In this document: piece by piece, positions 59,222 to 64,000 of the stretch | Layout: each line of letters begins with the position of its first letter | Numbering within the stretch: the first letter of the stretch is position 1 | From: Carcharhinus amblyrhynchos | Taxonomy: Eukaryota | Assembly: GCA_965287045.1 (NCBI GenBank) | Contig: OZ336870.1 | Location: 94,736,001 to 94,800,000 of the forward strand | Length of the DNA stretch: 64,000 nucleotides | Direction: 5' to 3' | Position numbers and translations under genes: made by a program | The notes under the pieces: generated by a model | Seen by the model: only the letters and a program-made list of their open reading frames with translations | What the model was told of the DNA's origin: nothing | Database searches by the model: none

Positions 59222-62085
59222 TTTGCAAAATCCTTCCATCCCAATGCATTGCTTTTGTAGTACGGGCCAGGGGTCTCATATGGAGGCCATTTTGCGCGGC
59301 ATTTATGTGTGCCACAATCTCCACGTGTATCCAGCATCATCAGTTTTATGCCAGAAATTGGTGCGGAGCTGTATAATGTATGCAAATTCTAATTTGCATA
59401 AAGTTTAAATGGTATTAGTGGACCCAAGACTGACATCTCCAGTCCCACTAGCCTCTCCCCCTTCCCTGCCAGCAGAGGTTCACTCCAGTGGGGTTTGATT
59501 TGATTTGATTTGATTTATTATTGCCACATGTATTAACATACAGTGAAAAGTATTGTTTCTTGTGTGCTATACAGACAAAACATTCCATTCATAGAGAAGG
59601 AAACAAGAGAGTGCAGAATGTACTATTACAGTCATAGCCAGGGTGTAGAGAAAGATGCAAGGAAAGTCCATTCAAAAGTCTGACAGCAGCAGGGAAGAAG
59701 CTGTTTTTGAGTTGGTTGGTATGTGACCTCAGACTTTTGTATCTTTTTCCCAATGGAAGAAAGTGGAAGAGAGAATGTCTGGGGTGCATGGGGTCCTTAA
59801 TTATGCTGGTTGCTTTGTTGAGACATCAGGAACTGTAGACGGACAACTGTAGACATGCACCACCTTTTGTAGTTCCTTGCTGTCTTGGGCAGAGCAAGAG
59901 CCATACCAAGCGGTGGTACAACCAGAAAGAATGCTTTCTATGGTGCATCCATAAAAGTTGGTGAGAGCCATAGCTGCCATGCTAAATTTCCTCAGTCTTC
60001 TGAGAAAGTAGAGGTGTTGATGGGCTTTCTTAACTATAGTGGTGGCATGGGGGGACCAGGACAGGTTGTTGGTGATCTGGGCACCTAAAAACTTCTACTC
60101 CACCCCCATTGATGTAGACAGGGGCATGTTCTCCTTTACACTCCCTGAAGTCAATGACAATCTCCTTCAGTTTGTTAACATTGAGGAAGAGATTATTGTT
60201 GCCGCACCAGTCCACCAGATTCTCTATCTCATTCCTGTACTCTGTCTTGTCATTGTTTAAGATCCAAACCACTGCGGTGGTGTCATCAGCAAACTTGAAA
60301 ATTGAATTGGTGGGGAATTTGGCCGCACAGTCATAAGGAATATAGTAGGATGCTGAGAACACAGCCTTGTGGGGCACTGGTGTTGAGGATAATCATGGAG
60401 GAGGTGTTGTTGCCTATCGTTACTGATCGTGGTCCGTGAGTTAGGAAGTTCATGTTCCAGTTGCAGAGGGAGGTGCCGAGACCCAGGCTACGGAGTTTGG
60501 AGATAGATTTCATGGAAATAATAGTGTTGAAGGCTGATCTGTGGTCATTAAATAGGAGTCTGACATAGGTGTCCTTGTTATCTAGGTATTCCAGTGTTGA
60601 TTAGAAGGTCAGGGAAATGGCGTCTGCTGTGGACTTCTTGCAGCAGTAGGCAAACGGCAGTGGATCCGGGTAGTCTGGGAGGCTGGAATTGATTTGTGTC
60701 ATGACTAACCTTAATAATGATGAATGTCAGAGCTCCTGGCCGATTGTCATTAAGGCATGCTGCTTGGTTTTTCTTAGGTATGGATGATGGTCATCTTCTT
60801 GAAGCAGATAGGGACCTCAGATTGTTGTAAAGAGAGGTTAAAGAGGTTGAGAGATTGTGAATATCCCTGCCAGCTGATCCATGCAGGATCTGAATGCATG
60901 TCCTGGTACCCCATCCGGGCCAGTTGCTTTCCGTGCATTGACCTTCAAGAAAGCTGCTCTGAAGTCTGTAATGGTGACCCCAGATGCAGGTTCATCCAGT
61001 GCTTCCAGGGTGGAAGGCGTGCCCTCGCTGATGTCTTGCTCAAAATGGGCATAGAATGCATTGAGCTCATCAGGGAGGGGTGTGTTGGAGCCAGTGATTT
61101 TATACGCCTTCACCTTGTAGCCTGTTATATCTTGCAGACCTTGCCATAGTCAGCAGGGGTTGGTGTGGCTAGACTAAGACTCTAGCTTAGTCCGATATTG
61201 TCTTTTGGCATCTTTGATGAATCTCGTAAGATTGTATTTGGCTTTCCTGCATAGGTCAGTGTCGCCTGATTTGAACGTCTCATACCTGGACTTCAGCAAG
61301 CAGTGAATATAACAGTGGATATAGCAGTGGTTTAGTATAGCTACCTACTTGCGAGGAGTGGGTGGTCCCACTGGAAATAACGGAAGGGGCAATCCAGGCC
61401 CCCCCGAGGGTCAGGTGCCAAATGAGTATTCCTGGGCATTGTCACCTTGGCAGTGTGAGCCTGGACCCCCAGAACTGCCCTAGGGGCCAAGTTACAATGC
61501 CCGGGGCCCATTGACACTGTCCATCAGGCAGTGCCATGGGGCAGAGTCTAATAGGGCAGGGCATGGTGAGAGCGGGGCCTCTGGGGGTGATTGGCGAAGT
61601 GGGGGCCGATCTGACCTTGCATTTGGGCTGAGTGACAGAATGAGGGAGGCCAGTGATTAGGGCTGGCTAATGGGGTGGGGGGCAGCTTGCTGGGGGTTTC
61701 AGGGCTGCCGGTGGATGGAGGTATTGGAGCAGGGGGAGGGGGCATCAAGGCGGACTGGGGCAGGTCAAGACTGTGCCAGGCAGATGGGGTGGCCAGTGAT
61801 CGGGACATTCGGATCTGGCCAGCAATCAAGCTGGCCAGCAATCAGGAGACAGGGGCCATTCACCACTGACAGATCAACACATGCGCAGTGTCCCACTCAG
61901 CGCTATACTGCCACTTCTTCAGCTGCATTAGGCCCACTGATTTTCAACAGGATTTATGCTGAGGCTCTCTACAATGCACAGAGTGTGAGAGATTCATTTT
62001 CAAACTCACACTGAATGAAAACCAATGTGATTTACTCCAGTTTTTACATGAATTCTATACTTCGAATTTTTTTGGGAGAACTGTT
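59222..62085. mobile_element. Non-autonomous relative of the 9079..12359 Harbinger, split by a Rex1/Babar LINE
   Basis: Left end cgggccagg...ggccattttgcg matches 9122..9155; right end tgcacagagtg.gagattca...ggagaa matches 12258..12351. Confidence 0.6.
59494..61310 (-). mobile_element. Rex1/Babar-clade LINE, 5'-truncated
   Basis: LPDELNAFYAHFEQ...KVNARKATGPDGVPG; [19 protein letters not shown]; NSIFKFADDTT...LVDWCGNNNLFLNVNK.KEIVIDFR; tail aataaa(tcaaa)n. Confidence 0.92.
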
Positions 62086-62595
62086 ACATATTTTTCAAAA
62101 TTCATTAGCACTGCTTGCATAGAGAGAATATATGCATTTTAATTAATTTACCTATATTAGTCCTAACCATAGTGAATATGTGTATAGCCAATAGTTTGTT
62201 ATATTCAGTGCTAAGTTCCTATAAGCAGTACTGGAATAAACACATACGGAGCATGGAACAAGCTAAGACCAATCTAATCACCCTCAGGTCCTTCATCAGA
62301 ATCTGTGCAGCCCACATTTAATGCCCAACTGCTCACGTGACAAACCTGTGTCATTCTAATCCTTATTGATTCAGGATCTTGCTCATTTCTCACAGTTCTT
62401 TCTCAGACCTGTGTCCATCAAGGTGCAAAGGAAGCACACATTTTTATGGCTTTTCACACCTGATGTTAATGTCAAATATTGACTAGATTGTGTAGCATAG
62501 GTAAGCTTCCTTTTATTCTGCTTCAACAAGATATCAAAATTCCGATACGTCGATGCAACACTTCCATTTCCAGCAATGGATACTCTTTTGGGAGT

Positions 62596-62720
62596 CAAAT
62601 TCTCCCTCGGTGTACCCAAACAGGCGTCAGAGTATAGAGACTAGGGGATTTTCACAGTAACTTCATTGCAGTGTTAATGTAAGCCTACTTGTGAGACTAA
62701 TAAATGAACTTAAACTTAAC
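62596..62720 (+). mobile_element. SINE/LINE 3' tail fragment
   Basis: aattctccctcggtgtacccaaacaggcgtc...ctaggggattttcacagtaacttcattgcagtgttaatgtaagcctacttgtgagactaataaa, recalled as a fish/shark retroposon tail. Confidence 0.6.
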
Positions 62721-63289
62721 ACTGATTAAGTTTGTAAATCAATGAAATATTACATGCAGCTCTATACCCATGCCATGAGAACTTGGGTTGAAAATTCTTT
62801 TGCTTATTTCACTGATGTTACATTTATACTTTGCCTTTCTTTTTTAAAATACAAAACAATGGTGAAATTAGACAGCCTTGACATGGTCCCCATCCTCTTT
62901 TGAGGGGCATAGCCAAGTATCAGGCCAGAAAAACTGACCACAGTGCATCTGCCTTGTTCCCCCTAGCTAAAAAATATCATAGTGCAATATCATTGCTTAC
63001 ACTAGTAGTGAAAGGGTGTTTGAATTTACTCACAGAATTAGCTCCTGCTCATTCCTTCAGTCAATCTGCGCATTTGTCACATTCAGCAAAATGTGTTGAT
63101 ATTTAAACAGTCTTTTCACCATCCCTTTTTCAAGTTTGAGCCAAGCTTTTTTGATGTAGAGTCCATAACTATGTTGAAGAGAGTGAAATTTAAACTATCG
63201 TTAATTTTTAAGCTCTTGAATACTTCAGTCAGACCCAACACTATACCTTCTCTCTTCCACTGTAGATATTTCCAACTCCTGTAACTTAC

Positions 63290-63367
63290 CTTCATAACTC
63301 CAGTAGGGAATTTGGTTGACCCCTCACTGCATCCCCTCCAATGCTTGGATATCACAAGTGACTTGAA
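63290..63367 (-). other. Candidate 78-nt exon (FKSLVISKHWRGCSEGSTKFPTGVMK in phase 0)
   Basis: Acceptor ctttcccctttccacttgcag and donor aag|gtaagt are both near consensus; only the phase-0 frame is open; no protein recognised. Confidence 0.3.
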
Positions 63368-64000
63368 CTGCAAGTGGAAAGGGGAAAGTTCTGACTGTGC
63401 TGACTGATGCAACAGTAACCTGCTGTGAACAGTTGACCTTGTATACAACTGACAGTGCTACTCCTGTGACCTGCAAATCTAGTTGGTGGCATCATATTAG
63501 ATGGGTGTAGCACCTTTTCATCTCTTTCTTTTTATTGTCTGCCATTTAAAGCAAAAAACCTGGGTGTATTAAAAGCAACCCCCAGTATTCTGGTGACTTG
63601 CAAAAGTGTATTGGATAACAATAGGCAAATATTATTTTGGTTGTATTTGCAGGTAAAGGATTAACTGGGCGCAGTATATGGCAAGAAATCAGGTGGGGTG
63701 GATTGCATGAGCATAATACAACTTATCTGATTTTCTTTCCATTTTGCAAGAGGAAAATCCTTCCCTTCCATGCCATGGTACACTCCAAAATGGATTATTG
63801 TTCCTATAGTTTGACTCCCAGTATTGACTTGCATGTTGGGAATATTGAGGAGTTCTTCCATATTAACATCTTCTTAACAACCCCTGAGAATTATTCCCTC
63901 TAATAATACCAGTGATCCACAGAAATATATTTCAAAAGCAGAATGACAGATATACAAAAAAGAATACTGCATCCTTTTTGTAAATGCTCACTTGGGACAA

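Noticed and set aside
63290-63325. Alternative frame GVNQIPYWSYEG, reminiscent of carbonic-anhydrase-like N-termini
   Set aside because: An in-frame TGA lies immediately upstream and no suitable acceptor exists for that frame.

Overview
Eukaryotic, repeat-dominated vertebrate DNA. The repeat set points to a cartilaginous fish, probably a shark (inference): many CR1 LINE fragments, V-domain tRNA-SINEs of the HE1 type, a Rex1/Babar LINE, PIF/Harbinger and Tigger/pogo relics, Gypsy-type LTRs and Penelope-like (PLE) short elements. No host gene could be identified, so the window looks intronic or intergenic, with only a few weak minus-strand exon candidates. Nearly all ORF-track entries are retroelement fragments, antisense shadows of them, or low-complexity noise. 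The most notable observations are: (1) several short PLE-derived insertions that carry minimal hammerhead-ribozyme motifs and integrate as fold-back structures, including a perfect 81-bp palindrome whose turning point is the predicted hammerhead stem II loop; (2) a young CR1 with an open 3' ORF2 segment whose long, structured 3' UTR appears to have captured a V-SINE and also carries a strong splice acceptor; (3) a template-switch inverted duplication inside a CR1; (4) a Gypsy-like LTR plus PBS followed by a decayed gag-like region with 8-aa tandem repeats. Family names come from recalled motifs, not database searches, and boundaries of old repeats are approximate.
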